Notes under the pieces: model-generated
The model's database searches: none
Seen by the model: the letters and a program-made list of their open reading frames with translations, nothing else
Told to the model about the DNA's origin: nothing
Source of the DNA: Candidatus Nanopelagicales bacterium
GTDB taxonomy: Bacteria > Actinomycetota > Actinomycetes > S36-B12
Direction: 5' to 3'
Length of the DNA stretch: 64,000 bases
Assembly (NCBI GenBank): GCA_021741645.1
Contig: JAIOXK010000003.1
Location: 3,504-67,503, forward strand
Shown: piece by piece, positions 36,569 to 46,284 of the stretch
How positions within the stretch are numbered: the stretch's first letter is position 1
Layout of the letters: each line of letters begins with the position of its first letter
Position numbers and translations under genes: made by a program

Positions 36569-37927
36569 ATGCAGCACGACCTGGCCGAAACCCGCCGCAT
36601 CCTGGAGACGCAGGACATCGACGTCGTTCGTCTGATCTTCGCCGACCTCCTCGGCATCACGCGATCCAAGGACGTCCTGGTCTCCCAGCTGGAGCGCGCG
36701 GCGGAGCACGGTCCGGCGTTCTGCCAGGGCACCTGGGTGACGACCACGCGGGGCGGTGTCCTGGACGCCGGCAGTGGCACCGGCAGCATCGAGGACGGCC
36801 TGCCGGACATGATCTCCAAGCTCGACGTCGACACGATCCGCCCGATCCCGTGGCTCCCCGGCGTCGCCTACGCGATAGCGGACATCGACAACCCGGACGG
36901 CAGTCGCAGCACGATCGCACCGCGGGCCGTGCTCCGCGCAGTTCTCGACGAGTATGCGAAGGACGGGCTGCTCCCCATCTGCGGTCCCGAGCTCGAGTTC
37001 TATCTCGCGCAGCGCACGGACGATGGCTGGGAGCGCCTCCTCAACAAACTCGGCCGTGTCTACACGACAGGGTCAATGGTGGATCCCGATGGTCACTACC
37101 TGCACCTGCTTCGGATGATGGATCAGTTGAACATCGGGGCATTCGCCGGCAACCACGAGTTCTGTCCCTCTCAGTACGAGATCAACCTGTGGCACAGCGA
37201 GGCCATGGATGCCGCTGATCGCACGTTCCTCTTCAAGACGGCAGTCAAGGATGTGAGCGCGTCCAGGGGAATCCTGGGCACGTTCCTTGGCAAGCCTTGG
37301 AACGACGAGGGCGGTAGCGGCTTTCACGTGCACCTTTCCGTCAACGACGATTCCGGTGTCAACCGCATGCACGACGGTGCAGGCGAGCTCTCGCCACTGG
37401 CACTCCAGATGATCGCGGGCATCATCGATCATGCCCCCGCCCTTGCGGCCTTCACCAACCCGACGGTGAACGCCTACAAACGGCTGGGTCCTGACACGCT
37501 GGCGCCGTATCGGTCCAATTGGGGCTACGACAACCGATCCACCATGCTGCGGGTCCCGCCGGATCGAGGCCAGGGCACTCGCCTGGAACTGCGCATCGGA
37601 GATGGAACGGCGAACCCGTATGTCGTCATCGCGGTTGTGCTTGCGGCTGCACTCGACGGCGTGCGTCGTGGCCTCACGCCGCCGGAGGCTGCCGCAGGAT
37701 GGGCCTATGAGGACGAGGCCTTCCCGGTGCTACCGATGACTCTGGCCGAGGCGCTCGATGCCCTTCAGGCTGATGAGACGCTGCGAGAACTGCTGCCGAG
37801 CGACTTCCTCAATGTGTTCGTCACGATGAAGCGTGATGAGGTGGAGCGCTACGAGGCCGAGGTCGAGGACCCGACCACCCGTGAGGTCACCCGCTGGGAG
37901 CTCGAGGAGTACATCGAGGACTTCTAG
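36569..37927 (+). CDS. Glutamine synthetase family protein (gamma-glutamyl-amine ligase candidate), copy A
   Basis: GS catalytic-domain motifs GPELEFYL, NHEFCPSQYEINL and GSGFHVHLS. 452 aa. Confidence 0.8.
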   Translation: MQHDLAETRRILETQDIDVVRLIFADLLGITRSKDVLVSQLERAAEHGPAFCQGTWVTTTRGGVLDAGSGTGSIEDGLPDMISKLDVDTIRPIPWLPGVAYAIADIDNPDGSRSTIAPRAVLRAVLDEYAKDGLLPICGPELEFYLAQRTDDGWERLLNKLGRVYTTGSMVDPDGHYLHLLRMMDQLNIGAFAGNHEFCPSQYEINLWHSEAMDAADRTFLFKTAVKDVSASRGILGTFLGKPWNDEGGSGFHVHLSVNDDSGVNRMHDGAGELSPLALQMIAGIIDHAPALAAFTNPTVNAYKRLGPDTLAPYRSNWGYDNRSTMLRVPPDRGQGTRLELRIGDGTANPYVVIAVVLAAALDGVRRGLTPPEAAAGWAYEDEAFPVLPMTLAEALDALQADETLRELLPSDFLNVFVTMKRDEVERYEAEVEDPTTREVTRWELEEYIEDF

Positions 37928-37972
37928 GGCCTGTGACGGCTGACGTTTCGGTGGCCGCAGCGGACTCCTTAG

Positions 37973-39160
37973 TCACCACCTGACGTGCACTGCCGTGGGA
38001 GCGCGGAACTCCCACCCGCGAAATTCCACCGGCTGTGTCAGCTCGAGGGAGGGCAGCGCCTCCACGAGCGTGCGCAGGGAGATTCGCTCGACGTCCCGGG
38101 CGAACGCGTGACCGGCGCAGAAGTGGGGCCCGTAGCCGAAGGCCGCGTTCGGCGTTCGCGGGCGATGGATGTCGAAGACGTGGGGTGAGTCGAACAGCTC
38201 CTCGTCGTGGCAGGCACTGGACACCACAGCAGAGATGAGCTCCCCCTCGGGAATGGTGACCCCGCCGAGCGTGGTCTGCTGAACCGTCGTGGCCTGCATG
38301 GTGCCGATGGGCGCCATCCACCGCAGTGCCTCATGGATGACGTCGTCCCAAGAGTCCGGGTGCTCCTTGATCCACCTCATCTGCTCGGGGTGGGCGAAGA
38401 GCGCGGCGAGACACGATGCTGCGCCGTGACCCGGCTCCTGCATACCGCCGAGAAGGATCACCTTGATCGACGGAAGGAGATCGTCAACCTCGCGATGCTG
38501 GCCCGCAGGACACCCGTGATGGATCATCGAGGAGATCGCGGAGTCATCCGGCTGGGCCTGCCACTCGGCCATCAGGGGTCGAAGCTCCGACTCGATGTCT
38601 GAACATGCAGTCGCATTGTCGGCGGACTTGGTCGGATCGTCCTCGAAGTTCGTGGCTCCCTGGGACAGGCCGTGGAACCACTCCTGCAGGCGCTGCGGTG
38701 GGACGTGCCCGAGGCCGAGCGTCTGGGCGAGCGCGAGCACGCTGATGGGCTCGAAGTACTCGGTCACGAGTTCGGCCTCGTGGGGCTCCTTGGTCATGAG
38801 GGTGGTGACGTATCGGTCCGCGAGGGGCTGGACGAGATCGTCGATGTACGTGGCGACTCGACGAGGCCGGTACTTCTCGTCAAGCGTCCTTCGCAGTTCC
38901 AGATGCTCGGCACCATCCATGGTCATCAGAGTCCGGCCGCCGAAGAACCGGTCGACGGGCGACGAGGGTGCCTCAGCAGTGAAGATCTCGGTCTGCGTCG
39001 TGACGCGCTCCACCTCCGCGGCGCGTGTCACGAGCCAGCAGCCGATCGACGGTACCCAGGCCACCGGCGCCTCCCGGCGCAGTCGGGCATAGATCGGATA
39101 AGGATCTCGTTCTAGGTCCTCCACCGTGATGGACTCGGCGAAACCGGCGTCAGGTGTCAC
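37973..39160 (-). CDS. Cytochrome P450 (no. 2)
   Basis: FGYGPHFCAGHAFA heme loop, EALR ExxR. 4-nt overlap with the upstream LLM gene. Confidence 0.9.
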   Translation of the reverse strand: MTPDAGFAESITVEDLERDPYPIYARLRREAPVAWVPSIGCWLVTRAAEVERVTTQTEIFTAEAPSSPVDRFFGGRTLMTMDGAEHLELRRTLDEKYRPRRVATYIDDLVQPLADRYVTTLMTKEPHEAELVTEYFEPISVLALAQTLGLGHVPPQRLQEWFHGLSQGATNFEDDPTKSADNATACSDIESELRPLMAEWQAQPDDSAISSMIHHGCPAGQHREVDDLLPSIKVILLGGMQEPGHGAASCLAALFAHPEQMRWIKEHPDSWDDVIHEALRWMAPIGTMQATTVQQTTLGGVTIPEGELISAVVSSACHDEELFDSPHVFDIHRPRTPNAAFGYGPHFCAGHAFARDVERISLRTLVEALPSLELTQPVEFRGWEFRAPTAVHVRW

Positions 39161-40116
39161 GTCGTCAAGGTAGCGACGCGCGCGATGACCTCGGAGCAGA
39201 ATCGGGCATGTTCGTTGCGGTCGTCGATGAAGATCGAAGGCTTGATGGCGAAGGTGGTGAAACCGAGATCCTGTTGCCGAGGAATCTCCTCGAGGGCCTC
39301 GCCCAAGGGCGCCACAGAGTCATTGTCGGGGAACTCGACGCGAGTGCCGCCCACCATCTCGAAGTCGTCTGTCGTCCGGCCGGCGGCCACGAGTGCGGCT
39401 CGCAGATTCGCGACGTCCTCATCCTCGACCCGGCCCACGGGGTGGAATCCGCTTCCGTAGCGCACCAATCGGTCGATCATCTTGTCGTGCACGCGTTCGC
39501 CGCCGAACCACATGGCAGGTCCCTGAGGGCGGAACGGCTTGGGCTCCAGGTAGACATCCTCGAACGTGAAGAACTCCCCCGAGTGGCTCACGGGGGAGTG
39601 GGACCAGGCCTTGGCCCAGATGTCGAGCTGCTCGTCCAGGATCCGGCCGCGTCGGTTGAACGGGACGGCCAGTGCGTCGTACTCGTCCCTGTGCCAGCTG
39701 ACGGTGGGCTGGATGACGAGGCGTCCTTCGCTCAGCAGGTCGAGCGTGGCGAGGTCATGCGCGAGGACGAGCGGGTGCCGCAGGGGTGCGATCAGGGCGA
39801 TGGCACCGATCCGGATTCGCGTGGTCGCGGCCGCGATGGCGCTCAGAAGCACAAGGTTCGACGGCCACGGGGTTGCCGGGTCCTGGTTGCCCGGCATGGC
39901 GTAGTCACGCGGATTGGCCATCCGTCCCTGGCTTCCGGCGCTCGGACCGAGCAGCACGTGGTCACTCACCATGACCATGTCGAAGCCCGCATCCTCCGCC
40001 TCCTGGGCCATTCGCACGAGCCCGCGAATGTCCCGCGGGTCGGTCATCGTCCAGTTCTCGGTCAACACGTTGACCATGCGAGGCGTGGACCGAGTCGAGC
40101 CGTCAGCCGTCTGCAT
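39157..40116 (-). CDS. LLM-class (luciferase-like) flavin/F420-dependent oxidoreductase
   Basis: AQEAEDAGFDMVMVSDHVL is typical of the LLM N-terminal region. Start ambiguous (40116, 40077 or 40047). Confidence 0.7.
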   Translation of the reverse strand: MQTADGSTRSTPRMVNVLTENWTMTDPRDIRGLVRMAQEAEDAGFDMVMVSDHVLLGPSAGSQGRMANPRDYAMPGNQDPATPWPSNLVLLSAIAAATTRIRIGAIALIAPLRHPLVLAHDLATLDLLSEGRLVIQPTVSWHRDEYDALAVPFNRRGRILDEQLDIWAKAWSHSPVSHSGEFFTFEDVYLEPKPFRPQGPAMWFGGERVHDKMIDRLVRYGSGFHPVGRVEDEDVANLRAALVAAGRTTDDFEMVGGTRVEFPDNDSVAPLGEALEEIPRQQDLGFTTFAIKPSIFIDDRNEHARFCSEVIARVATLTT

Positions 40117-40189
40117 GCCGTGAAACTAGCGGCCGTGAGTGCCCATGGAGGCGTAACGGGCCTTCGCATCGGCAATGTCGCAATTTTTC

Positions 40190-40205
40190 TGATATTTGAT
40201 GAAAG
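40190..40205. promoter_or_regulatory. AT-rich box, copy 1 (reverse complement CTTTCATCAAATATCA)
   Basis: Lies in the divergent LLM / APC-permease promoter. Shares the ATCAA(A/G)TATC core with the boxes at 44206 and 48594. Confidence 0.45.
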
Positions 40206-40290
40206 TGCTTGACCGGTCAATGGCGATGCGGGAATGTGAGCCATCGTTTGGTCCCGTATGACTCGACTATCCCGTCCCCGTGGAGGAAGC

Positions 40291-41862
40291 ATGTCCCAAA
40301 GGGAGAATCTCCCCAAGTCCGATCAGAGTCTTGGATCACCTGATCCCGAGACCCCTGACACAACTCTGAAGCGCGGCACGCTGGGACTCGCAGGAATCAT
40401 CTTCTTCGTCGTGGCCGCAGCCGCACCTTTGGCGGGCATGACCGGCGCATTCCCGGTTGCCGTCGGCATCGGCAATGGCGCGGCTGCTGCAGGCATGTAT
40501 CTGGCGGTCGGCGTCATCCTGCTGATCTTCAGCGTTGGCTACGCCACGATGAGCCAGTACGTCACCAACACGGGTGCCTTCTTCGCCTATGTGGGTCGTG
40601 GACTCGGCATCGTTCCCGGTGTCGGCTCGGCCGCAGTATCCGTTCTCGCCTACCTGGCCGTGCAATGGGCGGTCATCGGCTTCATCGCCGCCCAGATGTC
40701 CTTCCAGTTCCAGGCGAAGTTCGGAATCGACCTGCCCTGGTGGCTGTACGCGCTCGTCCTGATCGTCATCGTCTGGGCCCTGTCCGCCCTGTCGGTCGAC
40801 ATCGGCGCCAAGGTCCTCGGCGTCTTCCTGACCGTTGAACTGCTCGCTCTTATCATCGTGGGCATCGCGGCAATGGCCAACGGTGGGCCCGAGGGCCCCG
40901 ATTTCGCTGCATCCTTCAGCCCGACGGAGATCTTCGCCGGAGGGCTTGCCGGTGGTGCGGGTATTGCCTTCTCGTTCGCTCTCGCATCCTTCATCGGCTT
41001 CGAGGCGACCGCGATCTACGGCGAGGAGTCCAAGAACCCGAAGCGCAACGTTCCCCTGGCCACCTACATCTCGGTCGTCCTGATCACCGTGATCTTCGCC
41101 TTCGTCGGCTTCGCGCTGGTGACCGGCCTCGGTGCCTCGGACATCCAGAACAAGGTGTTCGAAGTTACGGCGATCGACGGTGTTCCGCTGGCCGATCCCT
41201 CGGGCATGCTGTTCGGGCTCACCACGCAGTTCGTCGGATCCTGGATGACAGAGTTGTTCGGCTGGGTGGTTCTCACCTCGCTGTTCGCCGCCATGCTGGC
41301 GTTCCAGAACAGCGCGGCTCGCTACCTGTTCTCGATGGGTCGCGCAGGAGTCCTCAGCAAGAAGCTCGATCGCACCAACAGCCGTCAGGCTCCTCAGGTT
41401 GCCACGACGGTCGTGTCGATCCTGGCAGTGGCGATCGTCATCATCGGCATCGTGGCCAACTGGGATCCGATCCTGAACATCTTCTACTGGTTCTCTGCGG
41501 TGGCCGTGCTGGCCATCGTGTTCACCGAGATCCTGGTGAGCATCGCGGTGATTGTGTACTTCCGTCGCACCAAGGAGGACACCCGGCTCTGGCATACCTT
41601 GATCGCTCCGATCCTGGCGGTCCTGGGTCTTGGCACCGGAATGATCATGCTGATGGCGCGTTTCAACCTGTTCGCAGGTACCGCGCCGGATCCGAACATG
41701 TGCCCGGGCGATGCGGGATCAGGCTGTGGACCGTTCGAGCTCAACAGCCTCGGCTGGTTCCTCGTGCTGGCACCCTTCGTCATGTTCATCGTCGGGCTCA
41801 TCCTGGGAGCACTCCGACGCGACAAGGAGAACTACGACGCGGTTCACAACTTCGTCAGCTAG
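40291..41862 (+). CDS. APC superfamily amino acid/amine permease
   Basis: About 12 TM helices with an APC-type N-terminal region. ATG 40291 follows GGAGGA. Confidence 0.8.
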   Translation: MSQRENLPKSDQSLGSPDPETPDTTLKRGTLGLAGIIFFVVAAAAPLAGMTGAFPVAVGIGNGAAAAGMYLAVGVILLIFSVGYATMSQYVTNTGAFFAYVGRGLGIVPGVGSAAVSVLAYLAVQWAVIGFIAAQMSFQFQAKFGIDLPWWLYALVLIVIVWALSALSVDIGAKVLGVFLTVELLALIIVGIAAMANGGPEGPDFAASFSPTEIFAGGLAGGAGIAFSFALASFIGFEATAIYGEESKNPKRNVPLATYISVVLITVIFAFVGFALVTGLGASDIQNKVFEVTAIDGVPLADPSGMLFGLTTQFVGSWMTELFGWVVLTSLFAAMLAFQNSAARYLFSMGRAGVLSKKLDRTNSRQAPQVATTVVSILAVAIVIIGIVANWDPILNIFYWFSAVAVLAIVFTEILVSIAVIVYFRRTKEDTRLWHTLIAPILAVLGLGTGMIMLMARFNLFAGTAPDPNMCPGDAGSGCGPFELNSLGWFLVLAPFVMFIVGLILGALRRDKENYDAVHNFVS

Positions 41863-41868
41863 ATCTGC

Positions 41869-41913
41869 CAACGATGAAGGGCCGTTCCGACTCGGATCGG
41901 CCCTTCATCGTTG
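41869..41913. terminator. Bidirectional stem-loop terminator between convergent permease and P450 genes
   Basis: 16-bp perfect stem CAACGATGAAGGGCCG / CGGCCCTTCATCGTTG, with further pairing inside. Confidence 0.65.
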
Positions 41914-41924
41914 TGCGGCTCGCC

Positions 41925-43166
41925 CTAGCGGGATGCGGTCACCAGTGCCGGGAAGGCCGCAATGCCATTGACGAAGCTGGAATTGGTGCGCGTGATAGGC
42001 CCGGTCTGCTCGAACCGGATCTGCCTCTTGATCATCTCCTCGAGGAGCACCCGGATCTCCATCCGTGCCAGCGGCGCCCCGAGGCAGTGGTGTGGACCCT
42101 TGGCCCCGAAGGACACCTGAGGCGGCTTGATCGGCCTGGTGATGTCGAATCTCAGCGGATCCGTGAACTCCTCCTCGTCGAAGTTAGCTGAGCAGTAGAA
42201 GATCACGACCTTGTCGTGGGCCGCTATCTTCACCCCACCCAATTCCGTGTCGCGAGTGGTGGATCTGCGCATGTGCAGCACGGGTGACGCGTAGCGGATG
42301 ATCTCCTCGACGGCCTGGTCGACGAGTTCGGGGCGCGCGTAGAGAAGGTCCAGTTGGTCCGGGTTGTCGACGAAGGCCTTGATCCCGTTGCTGATGGCGG
42401 TCCGTGTGGTCTCATTGCCCGCGAACACCAGCACGTGGAACATGTTCTTGAAGTCGTAGTCCGACAGGGCCTCGCCTTCGAACCGGGCCTCCACCAAGGT
42501 CGTGACCAGATCGTTCTTTGGACTGCGCTCCCGCTCCTCGCGCATCTTGCGCCCGTACTCGAAGAGAGCATGCGATGCGGGGGCGCTAAAGGGCAGCAGC
42601 TCCAACGGGGTGGTGTTGCCGTATGCGTCGGCCGGGACCCCGCTGGAGTCGATCAGCTCGTCGGACCACTGGACCAGCATGTCGGCATCCTCCTCGGGAA
42701 CTCCAAGGATGTTCACGATCACGCGAATGGGCAGGGGTGCACTGATACTCGTGACGATGTCCAACTCTCCTCGCTCGGCTGCCTCCTCGAGCAGGTGCGT
42801 GGTGATGTCACGGGTCACGTCCTCGTAGCCCTTCACCTTGTGACTCGTGAAGGCCGGCATGCCGAGTCGGCGCAAACGGATGTGCTCCGGCCGGTCGGTG
42901 TCGATGATGGACCGTCGGGCTGTCATCTGATCTTCCGTCAGATCGGGAAGGTTGGTCATGCCCAGGGCACTGGAGTAGGTGTCGACGTCGCGCGTGACAG
43001 TCACCAGGTCGCTGTACCGAGTCACGGCCCAGAAGGGACGTCCCTCGTACAGGCGCTGGGCCACTGGCTCCTCGCGCCTCATCTGGGCGAAGACCTCATG
43101 CGGAATACCGGATGAATACGCTGCGGGATCGGTGATGTCCACGGGTGCTCCTGTCTGGGGACTCAT
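41925..43166 (-). CDS. Cytochrome P450 (no. 3)
   Basis: FGAKGPHHCLGAPLA heme loop, EIIR ExxR, AGNETT I-helix. Confidence 0.9.
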   Translation of the reverse strand: MSPQTGAPVDITDPAAYSSGIPHEVFAQMRREEPVAQRLYEGRPFWAVTRYSDLVTVTRDVDTYSSALGMTNLPDLTEDQMTARRSIIDTDRPEHIRLRRLGMPAFTSHKVKGYEDVTRDITTHLLEEAAERGELDIVTSISAPLPIRVIVNILGVPEEDADMLVQWSDELIDSSGVPADAYGNTTPLELLPFSAPASHALFEYGRKMREERERSPKNDLVTTLVEARFEGEALSDYDFKNMFHVLVFAGNETTRTAISNGIKAFVDNPDQLDLLYARPELVDQAVEEIIRYASPVLHMRRSTTRDTELGGVKIAAHDKVVIFYCSANFDEEEFTDPLRFDITRPIKPPQVSFGAKGPHHCLGAPLARMEIRVLLEEMIKRQIRFEQTGPITRTNSSFVNGIAAFPALVTASR

Positions 43167-44137
43167 GCCGTTACTCCGGGAACGATGACGAAGCGACCCG
43201 AGACGTCACCGCTGTGAAGTCGCTCGTGGGCCGCTGGGACATCGTCGAGCCCGATGACTTCGATGGGCGAGTGCAGGCGATGCTCCTGTGCGAGAGCGAC
43301 CATGTCGTGCATCTGATCGAGGGATCCCCAGATTGAGGTCATGAAACGGGCCTCGTGCGGGACGGTACCGAAGCCGAAGGGGATGGTCCCCCCATAGAGA
43401 CCGACGACAACCACGACGCCCTGCCGATGCACGTGATCGCGTGCTGTCACCAGAGTTGCCTCAGCGCCGACGAAGTCGATCACCGCGGTAAACGTCCCTT
43501 CGACCTCGCCTGGGGCGGCAACGGCATCGGCGCCGAGTTGCAGCGCGACCTCCCGCTTCTCTGCGGATGCATCCACCACCGTGACGGCAGCGTCGGAGCG
43601 CATCTTGAGCCACTGGAGCCCGAACTGGCCGAGCCCGCCGGCCCCGATCACCAGTGCTCTGGGTGAGGCAGCGTCATGAAGGGTGCTCAGGGTGTGGTCG
43701 ACGGCCCGGTAGGCGGTCAGCCCGCCGCATGCCAGGGGCGCTGCGTGGGCGGGATCCAGATTGCCGAGTGGGACGAGATACCTGTCATCCGGCACTGCCA
43801 GCCGCTCGGCGTAGCCACCGTCGCGGAACAGTCCTGCCTCGGTGGCATTCGGGCAGATCATCTCCTGGCCGGACTCGCACGCCCAGCACCCGGGCTGGCG
43901 ACAGCCCCAGCACGCATAGACGAGGACCGGCCCGAGCAGGGGGTGCATCGCCGCCACCTCGTGACCGAGGATGACCGGGAGGGTCGTCGGGTAGTCGCCT
44001 GCGGCGGCGTGGAGGTCGGAGTGGCAGATCCCGCAGGCCAGAACGTCGACGACGCTCCCTCCCGACGGCGCTGTCGGTTCGGAGGCGTCGCGGACCTCCA
44101 GCGGCTGCCCTGGTGCGGAGAGGACTACGGCGCGCAT
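43163..44137 (-). CDS. Zinc-dependent alcohol dehydrogenase (MDR family)
   Basis: CGICHSDLH, GHEVAA and a GAGGLG Rossmann motif. 4-nt overlap with P450 no. 3. Confidence 0.85.
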   Translation of the reverse strand: MRAVVLSAPGQPLEVRDASEPTAPSGGSVVDVLACGICHSDLHAAAGDYPTTLPVILGHEVAAMHPLLGPVLVYACWGCRQPGCWACESGQEMICPNATEAGLFRDGGYAERLAVPDDRYLVPLGNLDPAHAAPLACGGLTAYRAVDHTLSTLHDAASPRALVIGAGGLGQFGLQWLKMRSDAAVTVVDASAEKREVALQLGADAVAAPGEVEGTFTAVIDFVGAEATLVTARDHVHRQGVVVVVGLYGGTIPFGFGTVPHEARFMTSIWGSLDQMHDMVALAQEHRLHSPIEVIGLDDVPAAHERLHSGDVSGRFVIVPGVTA

Positions 44138-44205
44138 GGGGAGGCCTTTCGATTGGGTGCGGACGGTTATGCCGATTTACGCTCACGATAGCCGCTCGGA
44201 CACTA

Positions 44206-44220
44206 CATTTATCAAGTATC
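44206..44220. promoter_or_regulatory. AT-rich box, copy 2 (CATTTATCAAGTATC)
   Basis: Lies in the divergent ADH / GS-like promoter. The 10-mer CATTTATCAA is identical to 48594..48603. Confidence 0.45.
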
Positions 44221-44241
44221 CGAGGTGATCTGGGAGGTTCA

Positions 44242-45588
44242 ATGCAGTCGTGGGACCCGGCCGAGCGTGAGCAAGTGGCGGCCCTGTGCGAGGAGCACGG
44301 CATTCACACGGTCGAATGCGTCATCGTGGACACCTGGGGGATGCCCCGAGGCAAGCGCATCCCGGTGCGACAGTTCCTCCGGGGTGGCGGATTCCACATC
44401 GCCAACGTCGTCTACACGTGGGATCCGACGTGCTTCATCTTCTCCACTCCATGGGTCAACGAGGAGCACGGCTTCCCGGACATGCACGCGGTGCCCGATC
44501 TCGCCAGCTTCCGGGTCGCGGGCTGGACCGAGGGTGTGGCCATCGTCATGTGCGACACGTATGACGAGCAGACCCGCGATCCCGTCGAGATGGACTCGCG
44601 AGCGATGCTCAAGAGGCAGGTGCGGCGGGCCGCTGACCTGGGCTTGGGCATCGACGCGGCGACTGAGCTTGAGTGCCATTTCTTCACCGACGACTGGCAG
44701 CCGTTGTACTCCGACATCGACTGCTACTCGATCTACCGGGGCTTCGAGATGGAGCCCTTCATGCTCGACATCCGCGAGTCGCTGCGCAAGACCGGAATAG
44801 AGGTCGAGGCCGCGAATGTCGAGTACGGACCCGGCCAGACAGAGATCAACCTGCGCTACGGGCCGATCATGGACATGGCAGACCACACGGTCTACTTCAA
44901 GTACATCGTCCGGCTCGTTGCGCGCCGGCACGGACTTCGGGTGACCTTCATGGCAAAGCCGTACCTCCTGGAGGCAGGCAACGGCATGCACATCCACCAG
45001 TCGCTCACACGCGACGGCGTCAACGTGTTCGCTGAGACCGACGAGGAGAGCATCCTCGGGAACAGCACCATGCGGCGGTACCTCACCGGGCTGCTTGCCC
45101 ATCACCGTGACCTGCAGTTGATCATGACGCCGACCATTAGCGGCTACAAGCGCGTTCAGGACTACTCGTTTTCACCCACCCAGGTGACCTGGGGCCTGGA
45201 TCACCGGCTCGTTGGTGTCCGGTCGATCGTGGGTGCCGGAAGCGCCAACCGCCTTGAGGCCAGATGGGCGGCGGCGGATGCCAACCCGTATCTCGTGCTC
45301 GCCGGCTGTATCGCGGCCGGGCTCGATGGCCTCGAACGAGATGACGAGCTCATGCCCCAGGTGACGGGTGATCCGCACGCCGATGAGCGTTGGGAGCGGC
45401 TGCCCACTTCGATCGACGGCGCCATCGAGAATTTCGATACCCCGTTCACCCGGTCCGTGTTCGGAGATACGTTCGTCGACACGTTCACCATCATGCAACG
45501 GCGTGAGGCCCAGGAGTTCCTGGAGAACGCCGACCAAGGCGAGGACGTGTCCGACTGGGAGATCCGCAGGTATCGGGCGGTCATGTAG
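44242..45588 (+). CDS. Glutamine synthetase family protein (gamma-glutamyl-amine ligase candidate), copy B
   Basis: ELECHFF, GPGQTEINLRY and GNGMHIHQSL. ATG 44242 follows GGGAGG. The track ORF starts at 44113. Confidence 0.8.
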   Translation: MQSWDPAEREQVAALCEEHGIHTVECVIVDTWGMPRGKRIPVRQFLRGGGFHIANVVYTWDPTCFIFSTPWVNEEHGFPDMHAVPDLASFRVAGWTEGVAIVMCDTYDEQTRDPVEMDSRAMLKRQVRRAADLGLGIDAATELECHFFTDDWQPLYSDIDCYSIYRGFEMEPFMLDIRESLRKTGIEVEAANVEYGPGQTEINLRYGPIMDMADHTVYFKYIVRLVARRHGLRVTFMAKPYLLEAGNGMHIHQSLTRDGVNVFAETDEESILGNSTMRRYLTGLLAHHRDLQLIMTPTISGYKRVQDYSFSPTQVTWGLDHRLVGVRSIVGAGSANRLEARWAAADANPYLVLAGCIAAGLDGLERDDELMPQVTGDPHADERWERLPTSIDGAIENFDTPFTRSVFGDTFVDTFTIMQRREAQEFLENADQGEDVSDWEIRRYRAVM

Positions 45589-46284
45589 ATGGCGCGCATC
45601 CTGCTCATCAGCCATGAACCGGAAGCCGCCCCGGCGGTGGTCGGACAGATCCTGGAGGAGCGCGGCCATGACGTGGATCTGCACGTCGTCCTTGCCGACC
45701 CTGCCAGTCCTGACACGGTGTTCCCCTCCCCAGACGCCTACGACGCGGTCGTTGCCTTCGGCTCGTTCGCCAATGCCTACGACTCGGCGGCTCGAGTTTG
45801 GGTCGAGCCGGAGATCGACTTCATCAAAGGGCTGGTGACCGAGGACATTCCGTACCTCGGAGTCTGCTTCGGAGGCCAGCTCCTTGCTGAAAGCATGGGC
45901 GGCTCTGTGGAGCGCGCCCCGGCCTCCGAGCAGGAGATCGGGCTCGTGTCGTTCCCTCACACTGGCGAACGCCCGGTTCCTGCTGGCCCCTGGTTCACCT
46001 GGCACGAGGATCGAGTTGTCGTCCCGGATTCCATGGACGTCCTTGTCCGAAACTCGAATGCACCTCAGCTGTTCCGTCAGGGGCGCGCGGTGGGGACCCA
46101 GTTTCATCCAGAGGTGAACGTCGAACTTGTGCAGTCATGGCTCAGGATCGGAGGGGATCACGTGCCGTCGCACACCACGGGCGATGCCCTCATCGCTGAT
46201 CTGCAGGCCCATGAAGGGGACCTCCGTCGCAATTGCGCGGCTCTGGTTGACTGGTTCCTCCATGACATCGCGGACCTCGCATGA
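45589..46284 (+). CDS. Class I glutamine amidotransferase-like protein, copy B
   Basis: IPYLGVCFGGQLLAESMGG and QFHPE. It starts at the nucleotide immediately after the GS-like stop. Confidence 0.8.
   Translation: MARILLISHEPEAAPAVVGQILEERGHDVDLHVVLADPASPDTVFPSPDAYDAVVAFGSFANAYDSAARVWVEPEIDFIKGLVTEDIPYLGVCFGGQLLAESMGGSVERAPASEQEIGLVSFPHTGERPVPAGPWFTWHEDRVVVPDSMDVLVRNSNAPQLFRQGRAVGTQFHPEVNVELVQSWLRIGGDHVPSHTTGDALIADLQAHEGDLRRNCAALVDWFLHDIADLA

Noticed and set aside
36444-44241. GlnR boxes (GTnAC-n6-GaAAC) upstream of the GS-like and permease genes.
   Set aside because: Visual inspection found no convincing two-site arrangement. GTGAAAC at about 40118 lacks a properly spaced partner. This needs a PWM scan before any claim.
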